64,000 bases of DNA, taken from positions 1 to 64,000 of the IMG/VR virus record IMGVR_UViG_3300042386_001233; one strand, given 5' to 3'. The position numbers were made by a program, and so were the translations under genes. Each line of letters opens with the position of its first letter. Position 1 is the first letter of the stretch. Below the pieces are notes generated by a model. The model saw only the letters and a list, made by a program, of their open reading frames with translations. It was not told where the DNA came from and did no database searches. Positions 56,201-64,000 of this stretch are shown here, piece by piece.

Positions 56201-59200
56201 CAGTCAAAAGCTAATCCATATTTTAGCTTTAATACTTGGCTTACTTTACAAGAGGCTAAGAGAACAAATTGTTCTGACACTTATGTTTTCCCATCATTGG
56301 ATACATCGTCATTATCTAGTTCTGATTATATTGTGGTTAATCAAAAGGGCCAACAAACAGCTACTCATAGTATTGTGCCGAGAAATGCTGGCGGATCATT
56401 TGGCACAATCACATTAAGCAACGAGCTGCGTTCTTATAATGCTTGGGGAGAGGAGCTTAAAACAAGAAACTCAGATGGGGCAGCGGTGCCGTTACCAAAA
56501 TCTAAAATATATCTACCAACAACAGTAGAAGAAGATTATGTTTTCTTGGACCCTGTAAATAGAGAGTATGCAAAAATACTTATTGATTCTCCTGGTTTAA
56601 ATCTATATTTATCTAGTGAGGAAAATGCAAAAGATCCCAACAGAACAGTAATTGCTAATGTTGCGGCAGAAGATCTTATTGTTTATTTAAAAACCCACTC
56701 AGTTTATGATTATGAGTGGATAAGGTTCATGTTGAGTTATATTGTTCCTATGAGTCCTACTCAGACAATTTTGGGAGGAGATATATTGTATGGCACCTTA
56801 GCTGCTTCCAGTAATACTACGGCTAATAATGTTGAACTAGCGCCCAAAGCTGCTCACCCATTTTTTGCAGCAATACCTATTAAGTCAAATGTATGTGTTT
56901 ATGGTCCATGGACAAATTATCCAAACATATTAGGAACGGCTATTTTCCCCACGGCTTCCAGTTTTGATCAAAGTACTTCTCTGCCACCCACCTGCACAGT
57001 TAGTACTTTTTCTACAACAGCAGACGCAGCAGGGAAAGCAGTTAATAATATGATTACTGCTACTGAAATTGAGGTTCAGGATGATTTTGTGCCATGGAAC
57101 TATGGAGGTATGTATAATCTAGATATTGCAGCATTTAAAGAGATTGAAACCAAGGTTAATTATCAGACTATCATAGAGACCGCACAGGTAGAAATGCCAG
57201 GACTCCCATTATTTAATTTGGGCGGATCTTTCGTTTATGCCAATATAAACCTAAATTATCAAACATTAACAACCGGCACTTTTGCCTATACCCAAACTAC
57301 CTATAATCCATCTGTTTTGGTTGATTTAACATATGCTGGCGGTACTATGGTTTATAATCCTAATTCAACTAGCGATGTCACTTTCGCATATGCTGTTATA
57401 GACCTAAAACAAAATACTGGTTATACTGAAGGTCCAATTATTAGCAGTATTCAAACTTCTATTGGACAACAGGGTATTAGCACAACATATACGTTTAGAA
57501 CATATACTAGAAAAATTGGATTGTTCAATAAAGAAGAAAATGATCGATTAAAAAAATTAGCTAAAATAAACATGCAAAGAAATAAACAAATAGCTAATCT
57601 TAGTGTTCAAATGCAAAACATTAAGCAACAACAGCTTAAATTCATGACCGACGAAAGACTTAATAAAGCAGAGTTTGGTAGTGGGGACTTATCATCCAAA
57701 CTATATGGTTGGAGTCCTAGCATGGTTATTATTGCACAAGCTAGGCCCTATATCGAAGAACCATTAAGAACTCCTAAATATATTGAAGACTTTACTTTAA
57801 ATAGCAATCCCGGAGGTTTGGGTACTCAACCAGGAACCCCTACTAACTGGAATGTGCCACACGGAAGTGATGATGGAGATTCGTCATCAGAAAAACAAGG
57901 ATTTTTAACAACTAGTAATAATGACACTTTTTTAAAGAGTACTGGACGCATTACTTCTACAGTTCAACTCTATGAAAGAAAAGAAGTTAATGGACAGCTA
58001 GACAAAGATTATGGTATGCAATCTGCTATGAGTTTGGATGGACTATTATCTCCAATATCTTTTTATCCAACAGATAAAAATGCAACGTTTAATTACTCAT
58101 TACACGATACTGCTCGATGTCCATTTTGCAAAGGAACCAAAATTAGAAAAATTGAGCTTGTTCATTATGTAAGTGATGGAACAAAAAGCAAAGGAATCAT
58201 AGATATAACATGCGACAAATGCACATATCTGAATAAAAAATTAAATGCTGTTTTGAATGTGGAAAATAGTGATGTTCCAATTAATCTAATTACTTTAAAT
58301 CCTATTGTTGTTCCAAAAGGAGAATTTAAGAATAGCAATAGTCAGAATTATAGCGGCAACCATCCTGATAATTTACATGGAGACCTATCTAATGTCGGAG
58401 GATATAGTGGCAAAACAAGATATTTCAGAGACAGATTACGACATTGTATAGAAATTGTAGCAAGAGGGTCTGTTCCTCAGTCAAAAGCCGGGTATGCTTT
58501 AGAAACTAGCCGTAACGTTAATGAGGCTAGTAGCAATATTACTACTGATAAATATAATTTAGATTATCATCATCAAGATATTATGCTTAGTCATATGAGA
58601 AGTAAATATGGAGATAATATTAATAATACTTTAGTACATGAAACTAATCAAAGATTTATTGGTTTGCGTGGTCCTCTAGTATTACATTCTTGGGGATATG
58701 ATCAAGATGGATATCCAGCCCCAAATGCTTCTGACGAACCATATGAATTTGACTCTTATGGTCGTCCTATGAGATTTAAGATAAAGATTAATCGTGGAAC
58801 AACGCCTAAAAAATATAAATCACTAAATATTGGAGATGCTTTTTCATTATCAGCAGCAAATACAGAACCTATCTATGCTAAAACGTTTAATAGACAATAT
58901 ATTCCAAGTACAGTATCAGACAATACTGATGTTTATCCTGTAGAAGTAACAAATGACTTGAGGGTTAATGGCGGGTTTGATCCCGCTCAAGGATATACTG
59001 GAGATATTATTGGTAAAACACAAAAGTGGAACGGTAGCCGTTGGAGTGACAAGGTTGTTACTAATGACTTTTATTTAAACTGGGCAGAAAGACCCGATTT
59101 GTGGAAAGTTGGTCCAATTGATTTAGTGTGGGACGAAGAAAGAAAAGTTTGGGCTGGAGGTAGCGGAGGAGAGGAGTTAATGCCTCCATACGTTATGACG

Positions 59201-59698
59201 AACAGTAATGACATTAGTTCACTAGATGACTTTTTAAAAAAACGCAAAAAGAAAAAGGCCTCATACCAGCATATTTATGCAACACTAGAAGAAGATTTAA
59301 TTAAACAAACAGATTTTGATGAAACTTATGCTACAAGAGCTTTTATTGATGATATAGAATATTCGAAAGATCCATTGCTTAGTGGATATAGGCGCTTAAT
59401 ATATATTAAAGATAAATGTGGATATACTGCTCCAAGAGGAACAAAGCTTCTGTGCAGATATAATAGAATCACTGGATTTTATGAACCAATCAGTAAACCT
59501 GTTATTATGGCTAAAGGATCAATCGCTAGCAGCAACAAAGCAACAATAGAGTTACACTATGTTCAAGGCAGAAGATCAAGCACAGTACCAACAGTTTTGA
59601 TGGACTATACAAACCCAATGGCATTTACAACAAACACAGGATCAGTAGGAATGTTTACTTTTATTAATGGAATGTGGACTTTAATTTCTATCAAATAA
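53285..59698 (+). CDS. Large putative tail-tip/hub protein with a CxxC..CxxC motif
   Basis: 2137 aa; CPFCKG at 58118 and CDKC at 58211; function from size and synteny only. Confidence 0.45.
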   Translation: MPTRPCSSEPKQIAQTLFLGASVASYSTNIGWGSQPSQITVNLIEDEVAPKCLPNTNGNPTGQTYNQFVASSHGSTDDHYHTCAGASNIDCYIDKYTGAAATSTTPVENRILPGKVYYNLDSTTGTLKSRYWKKPDPGFFGNSTKIDRAGADQTAGTITYKYDIIDTPVYFKMGNFTFGGFVQSWSRNLNSGGKQYSVIINGPSAILKSCYVIVDKFTGAIFSRNTNSYYGTPKNYTKVNSDVTYDSTLLQRGILPNVFNAYGFLESFGINSFGGSGKNENGISINYILGALSVLTSVAPGTSQTLWATGTVLPRSAFSPFGRIVSKCMAKDKADTELYDNITNGFSSFGVIPPQPANMGAPNTEGRDRCQFVLDLNDLIYSDTNRTIKRLPDDIRITGPVMSIMDLIDTVAEKTGQDIFIEMVPTIFNSVVTHVIKVKTISRLQQPRPNIIENTIKKMECEGYYISSNSFGKEKNETPARAMIIGGQQQRLYQVKSYRLAYSQSNFIYNPKTGSFVNYRVYNQPVTTASSLAPFNNANQYGHGKIKPANFCTTRNKPLTDYLNSDYDFSYHDIVNDEDKIVGASATFTSGDSTWADTNETGSGLNCIHGNYASTIKLRPNNAPTASEDRWIPLYMDTICPFFGFVNDDTATISVNSTNSDTNTDQRRIRPVWLDAWTGQINVVINVSELPELNVSLTKASLGSSFTLPYSNTRSIPGGQKIFNSTGELSSLPNTEYFYITESEIRAALAGFDNFLVYCLSKTYKPDLIEMVRRAYFLQTKNKLTGLGVSAAEADSIAHKETDWYWKLMGGNIGGDSLYPVPISPDKSDGSQYIQEKALQDLKLLHKFVSEVGKHYGKKYMVTAWNLQAYKDESLFGAAFSTTQGYGYIFSGDGKLTYNYTPTNDGAWEEYGNIIDDSIVVGSPEWYSITDEQGKIKPLLGYNNNYNFDHVRYAKCVTANNANFRNVNNEWNQSKANPYFSFNTWLTLQEAKRTNCSDTYVFPSLDTSSLSSSDYIVVNQKGQQTATHSIVPRNAGGSFGTITLSNELRSYNAWGEELKTRNSDGAAVPLPKSKIYLPTTVEEDYVFLDPVNREYAKILIDSPGLNLYLSSEENAKDPNRTVIANVAAEDLIVYLKTHSVYDYEWIRFMLSYIVPMSPTQTILGGDILYGTLAASSNTTANNVELAPKAAHPFFAAIPIKSNVCVYGPWTNYPNILGTAIFPTASSFDQSTSLPPTCTVSTFSTTADAAGKAVNNMITATEIEVQDDFVPWNYGGMYNLDIAAFKEIETKVNYQTIIETAQVEMPGLPLFNLGGSFVYANINLNYQTLTTGTFAYTQTTYNPSVLVDLTYAGGTMVYNPNSTSDVTFAYAVIDLKQNTGYTEGPIISSIQTSIGQQGISTTYTFRTYTRKIGLFNKEENDRLKKLAKINMQRNKQIANLSVQMQNIKQQQLKFMTDERLNKAEFGSGDLSSKLYGWSPSMVIIAQARPYIEEPLRTPKYIEDFTLNSNPGGLGTQPGTPTNWNVPHGSDDGDSSSEKQGFLTTSNNDTFLKSTGRITSTVQLYERKEVNGQLDKDYGMQSAMSLDGLLSPISFYPTDKNATFNYSLHDTARCPFCKGTKIRKIELVHYVSDGTKSKGIIDITCDKCTYLNKKLNAVLNVENSDVPINLITLNPIVVPKGEFKNSNSQNYSGNHPDNLHGDLSNVGGYSGKTRYFRDRLRHCIEIVARGSVPQSKAGYALETSRNVNEASSNITTDKYNLDYHHQDIMLSHMRSKYGDNINNTLVHETNQRFIGLRGPLVLHSWGYDQDGYPAPNASDEPYEFDSYGRPMRFKIKINRGTTPKKYKSLNIGDAFSLSAANTEPIYAKTFNRQYIPSTVSDNTDVYPVEVTNDLRVNGGFDPAQGYTGDIIGKTQKWNGSRWSDKVVTNDFYLNWAERPDLWKVGPIDLVWDEERKVWAGGSGGEELMPPYVMTNSNDISSLDDFLKKRKKKKASYQHIYATLEEDLIKQTDFDETYATRAFIDDIEYSKDPLLSGYRRLIYIKDKCGYTAPRGTKLLCRYNRITGFYEPISKPVIMAKGSIASSNKATIELHYVQGRRSSTVPTVLMDYTNPMAFTTNTGSVGMFTFINGMWTLISIK

Positions 59699-59701
59699 TC
59701 A

Positions 59702-62700
59702 ATGCTATCATCTAGACTAATAGATACGACTGATAAATGTAATATTATTCAAACATCGTTAATAGACGACTTGTACCCATATACAATATCTTCTGATGGA
59801 TCCACTATTGACTATAGTAGTGCGACTCCTCCATTAAGTCCTAGTCAGACAATATCTTACAATAGGCTGCCAGCAATAGGAACTTTAGCGACTCAGTCTT
59901 ATTCAGATATTAATAGCGATGGTATGGTCGATTGTTGGTTACCAGTTATAGTAGATAGTGATACCTATGTTGATAATAAGATGCTCTCTGATGATGGTAG
60001 CTATGCAAACGCTAATCCTGCTTTGTCAAGTGGTCGTTTGGGAATAGAAAACTTTCTGTCTTTTACTCCAAATTTTCGTAATTTTTCTAGTCCTGGACAA
60101 ATGTCGATTGATTGGTTGTTGAATCGTCACAATATACCATATGCTGTATACTATGGCATAATGTGCTGGGTCAGACGTAATGGTACTGCTAATGTTATGA
60201 CCATAGGGGGTTCTTCAGCAAAACTAGAAACATTCCCTAAAGGAACAAGACTAAAACATTCATCAAGACCAAATGATATATTAATTAAAATTGATAATAA
60301 TACACTATATCTTGTTAATAGTCAAAGATATACTATTGGTACATCAATAACATATAATGATGAAAACACCTTTATACTTGAAGCTGGTACTATATCTCCT
60401 GATAGTTATTCATTAGCAGATAAAACAATAAGAGAAACATGGACATCGTCATCCACCACAACCTCAACAGAAAATGTTGATGGTTTTTCAATATCTGGCT
60501 TAACTAATAATGTTAGACTATGGATTCCCGACGGAGATTGTATTTTTTACTATGAATCAGACTCAGAAAAAACAATAGCAGAACTTGCTGGTGTGCCAAC
60601 AAATGGTTTCATTTCTCCTTGCTTAACAAGATATTATACTAATATATATCGCATATTAACATTAGATCAACCAAGAAGTTTTGCCAGAAAGAATTTGAAA
60701 ACTTCGAGATGTTATAGAAAATTAGCCCATGCACTAAGCACTAGTCCATTTATTGGGGAGTTTGCCATAAGAGCACTAGATTGCAGTACTGTCAAAACTA
60801 TTGTTAACACATATATAGCCGACAGTGCATCGTCAAATAATATTGATAGAGAAAAAACTCTTTTAAAAACCGCACTTAAAGATATTAGCTTATATTTACA
60901 AAAAACAATAACAACTGGCAGTGGAACCTCTAATACTGGAGTATATGTCGATACTAAGCCTTCCCCATATAGTTTAAATAATAATTTAATATGTAATAAA
61001 AATCAGCTATTTAATAAACTAATAACAAAATATGGTGCAAGCCTTTTGATATCGTCCGGTCCTGCCACAATCAGCGCAAAGAGTTCTTTGTTTAAAGATA
61101 ATTCTGGAGTAGCAATTACTCAGGGTATGGATTACTATTGTCCTAAAAATACTACTAATTCCATAATATCTAATAATCAAAAAATAGTTTATGATGGTAC
61201 CACAATACAAACAGTAATGAGTAGTACAAACTCTAGCATATCTATACGAGATACCGTTAGTGGAAGAGAAACCGTATCGATACCACTTTATGATATGGCA
61301 AAACCAGATGTCAATGGAAATAGTACTTTGTTTCGTCCAAAACTAACTCATTTAGGCTATATTGATAGACAATTTATGTCCAATGGAGCGTTATACAATC
61401 CAGAGAACAATTTGAGTAATCGTAGTTTGGTATACAAGTATGCTATGAAAACTAATTCTTTTTTAGATGAGTCAGCAACTCTTAAGCCAGATCCATCTTT
61501 AGTAAAAGGAGAAGAAGCCGGTCCAGAATTAGATGCTATGGATTTGGTATTAAACGTAAGAGATACAGACAGCTTATTGTTGCCTGAGCCGTATGTAGAG
61601 AATCAGATGTCTTTTTATTGGGAAAAACTATCTGGCCCAGAAGAATGTGAATTTATAGAGAACAATGGAGGATTTACTAATACCGCTAGACCCTCCAATA
61701 CTACTGCTAATAGTAGATATATACAGCTTAAAATTAAAAATTGTGGTAAATATATTCTACAATGTACTATTAATTCTCCCTTTGGAACATTTAAAAAACA
61801 AAAGACGATTTATGTCTATGATGGTGCTGATCTGATGGAGCAGCGATTTGCTATTAGTGGAGGAGGATATAGAGTAGCATATGTGAATAATCAGATGGTC
61901 AATCAATGGTATGACCAAAATACTCAAACATGGAGTCTTGTTCCAACCATAGCAGCGAATAACCCAGAATTTCAACCTATCTATATTAATAAAGACAATT
62001 TAAGAGTGAGATGTAGTAAATTTAATAGGGTTGCTATTAGTCAGATAGGTGCGGTATTTGTTCCAATTAGTACGGGTTTTACAGTTAGGGAATTTATTGG
62101 GATGATAGGATCAGTACCTGAAACAGAGGTTGTTAAATTAGATGAGCTGTATAAATTCTCAACAAAAAGAGCATTTACACAAACAGCCTCTGCAAATTTA
62201 AGCATAACTTATAATTTAGAATCTAACACAATAGCCAAAATTTCATCAATATATATTGAAAAAATACGAAGTAATATCTCTGGATGTGAACAGTGCTATA
62301 GTTTGTATGAGCCTAAATTACGAGCAGTAAAAACTATGGTATTTACCGGCGCTAGTAGAGTTAGGGCTGTTAGGTATAGTCGTATTAATAAAGCCCCAGA
62401 GGGTTTCTTGTTCTATAAATATAAAAGTCAGGCCGGACCAGGACTAATATCTGCTGCTACGATTGAGACGGTAAGTTTTGGATATCCAGATATAACAACA
62501 GCACAATCTCCACCCGTAAAAACATACGGAGGGTATAATAATAATGTTATTAATAGTTTTAATATTCAAAATAATATTAATAGCACTGTTTATAGCTCTA
62601 CCATTCCTGGTTTATCAAGGCCAACATCAAATACTGGAGATTCTATATCGTTGGCTGCCGCACAACCATCAACACTCCCTCCTGTAACGGGTTTTCCTTT

Positions 62701-64000
62701 GGATGCGGTTAATGATCAAAGTTCAGCTAAGCACAAACTATGTTATCAACGACAATTGCCATATGTTGGCGGTGGGCCTATAACATTTAATAAAGGAGTT
62801 TTACACCCCAACAGCGGATGGATACCACATACCTCTAGTGATTATGCTATTCACGCTAATCGTAGTAGTGTTTTAAAATTTAATCCAGGAGCCAGAAGCA
62901 CCTTTAGTTTTATTGGTCCAAAATTATCTAATATTAGCTCAACATCGGCAAATATTTCTGATAATGTTGTTGAGCCAAATACTTTGTCTAGCTCTGTTGA
63001 ACTAAGAATAGCTCCAAATGTTCAATGGAACCCCGCATGCGAATGTGAAGCAAGTGAGGGGGCTGATATAGAACTGTATAACAATAATCAAAAGCATAAA
63101 GAGTCTATCGATACAACAACAAATAGATCATCTCATGGTTATAGATACTTGAACGGAGGACAACCAAAACCGATAGAACGAACAGCACTAACTAATGAAG
63201 CAACATATAATGATGAATTTGGAACAGATCAGGACGATGATACTTTTACGTATTCTTTTGCTGTAACCGGACCAGCATCAGTACCCAGCGAAGTTAATGG
63301 TAGCGACGGCAAAAAACATTTACGAATTCCAACGGTACAAGATTTTGGCATAAAAGATATTGAGGTCAAGCTAAATTTTTTGAACTATATCAATACTAAA
63401 AATCTCGTGATATGGCTTGAAGTTCAGCCTGATGGTACAGAGTTGCGGTCTCGCAAAGCGAATAACTTGGGAATATATCCTTCTCCAATAAGGGCTTCGC
63501 AAAAATTTTTAGATCAAACTATTCCATCTCCCATTGTTTCTGGAACTTCGTATCAACCAGGGTCGTCTTCTTCTCTACTATATAATAATATTCCCAATAC
63601 TAAAATAGCAAATTATTTAGATGGTTTACTTAATGCTGAAAATGATGTTCCTGGTGGACCATTAAGGCTATTATTATTGAATCAAGAACATATAGAAAAT
63701 AATGGATATAATTTTAGCGTTAAATTTACTGACAATGCTTCTAAATATAATGTTCTATATGATCAAAATATCGTAACTGGAACACCAGCAACTACAGCAA
63801 CATTCTTTCCATTAAACCAGCTCGCAGACATAGATAAACAACAAAATATAATTAGACATAACGGAACAGTTAAACCATCCCTAGCAGCCAATTCATACTC
63901 TGATAGACAATCTTGTGAATTTAGTAAAGTCTTGCGAAATAATAGATTAAATATTACAGCAGCTAGTTTTAGCAAATTCAATACTAACACTTTATTTAGA
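59702..64000 (+). CDS. Large virion protein, 3'-truncated (at least 1433 codons), with PKD-like and P-domain-like segments; not in the ORF track
   Basis: Manually translated: ATG 59702 (MLSSRLIDTTDK...) stays open to the window end (...SKFNTNTLFR). FYWEKLSGP..GKYILQCTI near 61610-61770; IKDIEVKLNF..NLVIWLEV near 63350-63424. Confidence 0.88.
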   Translation, partial: MLSSRLIDTTDKCNIIQTSLIDDLYPYTISSDGSTIDYSSATPPLSPSQTISYNRLPAIGTLATQSYSDINSDGMVDCWLPVIVDSDTYVDNKMLSDDGSYANANPALSSGRLGIENFLSFTPNFRNFSSPGQMSIDWLLNRHNIPYAVYYGIMCWVRRNGTANVMTIGGSSAKLETFPKGTRLKHSSRPNDILIKIDNNTLYLVNSQRYTIGTSITYNDENTFILEAGTISPDSYSLADKTIRETWTSSSTTTSTENVDGFSISGLTNNVRLWIPDGDCIFYYESDSEKTIAELAGVPTNGFISPCLTRYYTNIYRILTLDQPRSFARKNLKTSRCYRKLAHALSTSPFIGEFAIRALDCSTVKTIVNTYIADSASSNNIDREKTLLKTALKDISLYLQKTITTGSGTSNTGVYVDTKPSPYSLNNNLICNKNQLFNKLITKYGASLLISSGPATISAKSSLFKDNSGVAITQGMDYYCPKNTTNSIISNNQKIVYDGTTIQTVMSSTNSSISIRDTVSGRETVSIPLYDMAKPDVNGNSTLFRPKLTHLGYIDRQFMSNGALYNPENNLSNRSLVYKYAMKTNSFLDESATLKPDPSLVKGEEAGPELDAMDLVLNVRDTDSLLLPEPYVENQMSFYWEKLSGPEECEFIENNGGFTNTARPSNTTANSRYIQLKIKNCGKYILQCTINSPFGTFKKQKTIYVYDGADLMEQRFAISGGGYRVAYVNNQMVNQWYDQNTQTWSLVPTIAANNPEFQPIYINKDNLRVRCSKFNRVAISQIGAVFVPISTGFTVREFIGMIGSVPETEVVKLDELYKFSTKRAFTQTASANLSITYNLESNTIAKISSIYIEKIRSNISGCEQCYSLYEPKLRAVKTMVFTGASRVRAVRYSRINKAPEGFLFYKYKSQAGPGLISAATIETVSFGYPDITTAQSPPVKTYGGYNNNVINSFNIQNNINSTVYSSTIPGLSRPTSNTGDSISLAAAQPSTLPPVTGFPLDAVNDQSSAKHKLCYQRQLPYVGGGPITFNKGVLHPNSGWIPHTSSDYAIHANRSSVLKFNPGARSTFSFIGPKLSNISSTSANISDNVVEPNTLSSSVELRIAPNVQWNPACECEASEGADIELYNNNQKHKESIDTTTNRSSHGYRYLNGGQPKPIERTALTNEATYNDEFGTDQDDDTFTYSFAVTGPASVPSEVNGSDGKKHLRIPTVQDFGIKDIEVKLNFLNYINTKNLVIWLEVQPDGTELRSRKANNLGIYPSPIRASQKFLDQTIPSPIVSGTSYQPGSSSSLLYNNIPNTKIANYLDGLLNAENDVPGGPLRLLLLNQEHIENNGYNFSVKFTDNASKYNVLYDQNIVTGTPATTATFFPLNQLADIDKQQNIIRHNGTVKPSLAANSYSDRQSCEFSKVLRNNRLNITAASFSKFNTNTLFR

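Larger units (their letters stand above)
1..64000 (+). mobile_element. Virion morphogenesis (neck, tail, tail-tip/fibre) region of a large tailed bacteriophage
   Basis: All long ORFs are on the + strand with ATGA/TAATG overlaps or gaps under 30 nt. Order is neck, tube, chaperones, tape measure, tail tip/fibres. No bacterial housekeeping genes. Confidence 0.92.

Noticed and set aside
1080-63990. Minus-strand and nested short ORFs in the track (e.g. 13688-14041, 25460-25909, 26606-27118, 50497-50898)
   Set aside because: All lie inside long + strand genes and have the composition of antisense shadows, for example Val/Gly runs opposite Thr/Pro repeats.
1-64000. Stop-codon reassignment (alternative genetic code)
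   Set aside because: Genes up to 19 kb are open in code 11, and TAA, TAG and TGA all terminate genes right next to the following start.

Overview
The whole window is one co-oriented (+ strand), AT-rich, densely packed virion-morphogenesis region of a large tailed phage, read in standard code 11. No sheath gene is recognisable, so the tail is probably long and non-contractile. Gene order: a 5'-truncated delta-60 beta-propeller protein and its chaperone; a neck/head-tail module; three tandem tail-tube-like paralogs, each internally duplicated; two paralogous tail-chaperone-like genes; a 6454-aa tape measure protein (TMP); then about 31 kb of tail-tip, fibre and adhesin genes (FN3, PKD, BspA/DUF285, proprotein-convertase P-domain, Thr/Pro linkers), ending in an unlisted ORF of at least 1433 codons that runs off the window. 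Most notable: (1) the giant TMP carries a string of enzyme-like and binding motifs (P-loop, HIGH-type nucleotidyltransferase, HExxH, GNAT-like, two PD-(D/E)xK-like, four EF-hands, two SHD1-like), mostly bounded by paired AxGG motifs, suggesting a modular, virion-delivered cargo polyprotein; (2) three tube genes with two tube domains each could form an asymmetric six-domain ring; (3) three circularly permuted FGE-sulfatase/C-type-lectin-fold domains; (4) an unfamiliar Cys/NWP repeat family spread over three genes. All family calls come from motif recognition by eye; no database searches were run. No tRNA, rRNA, CRISPR array, integrase or reverse transcriptase was seen.
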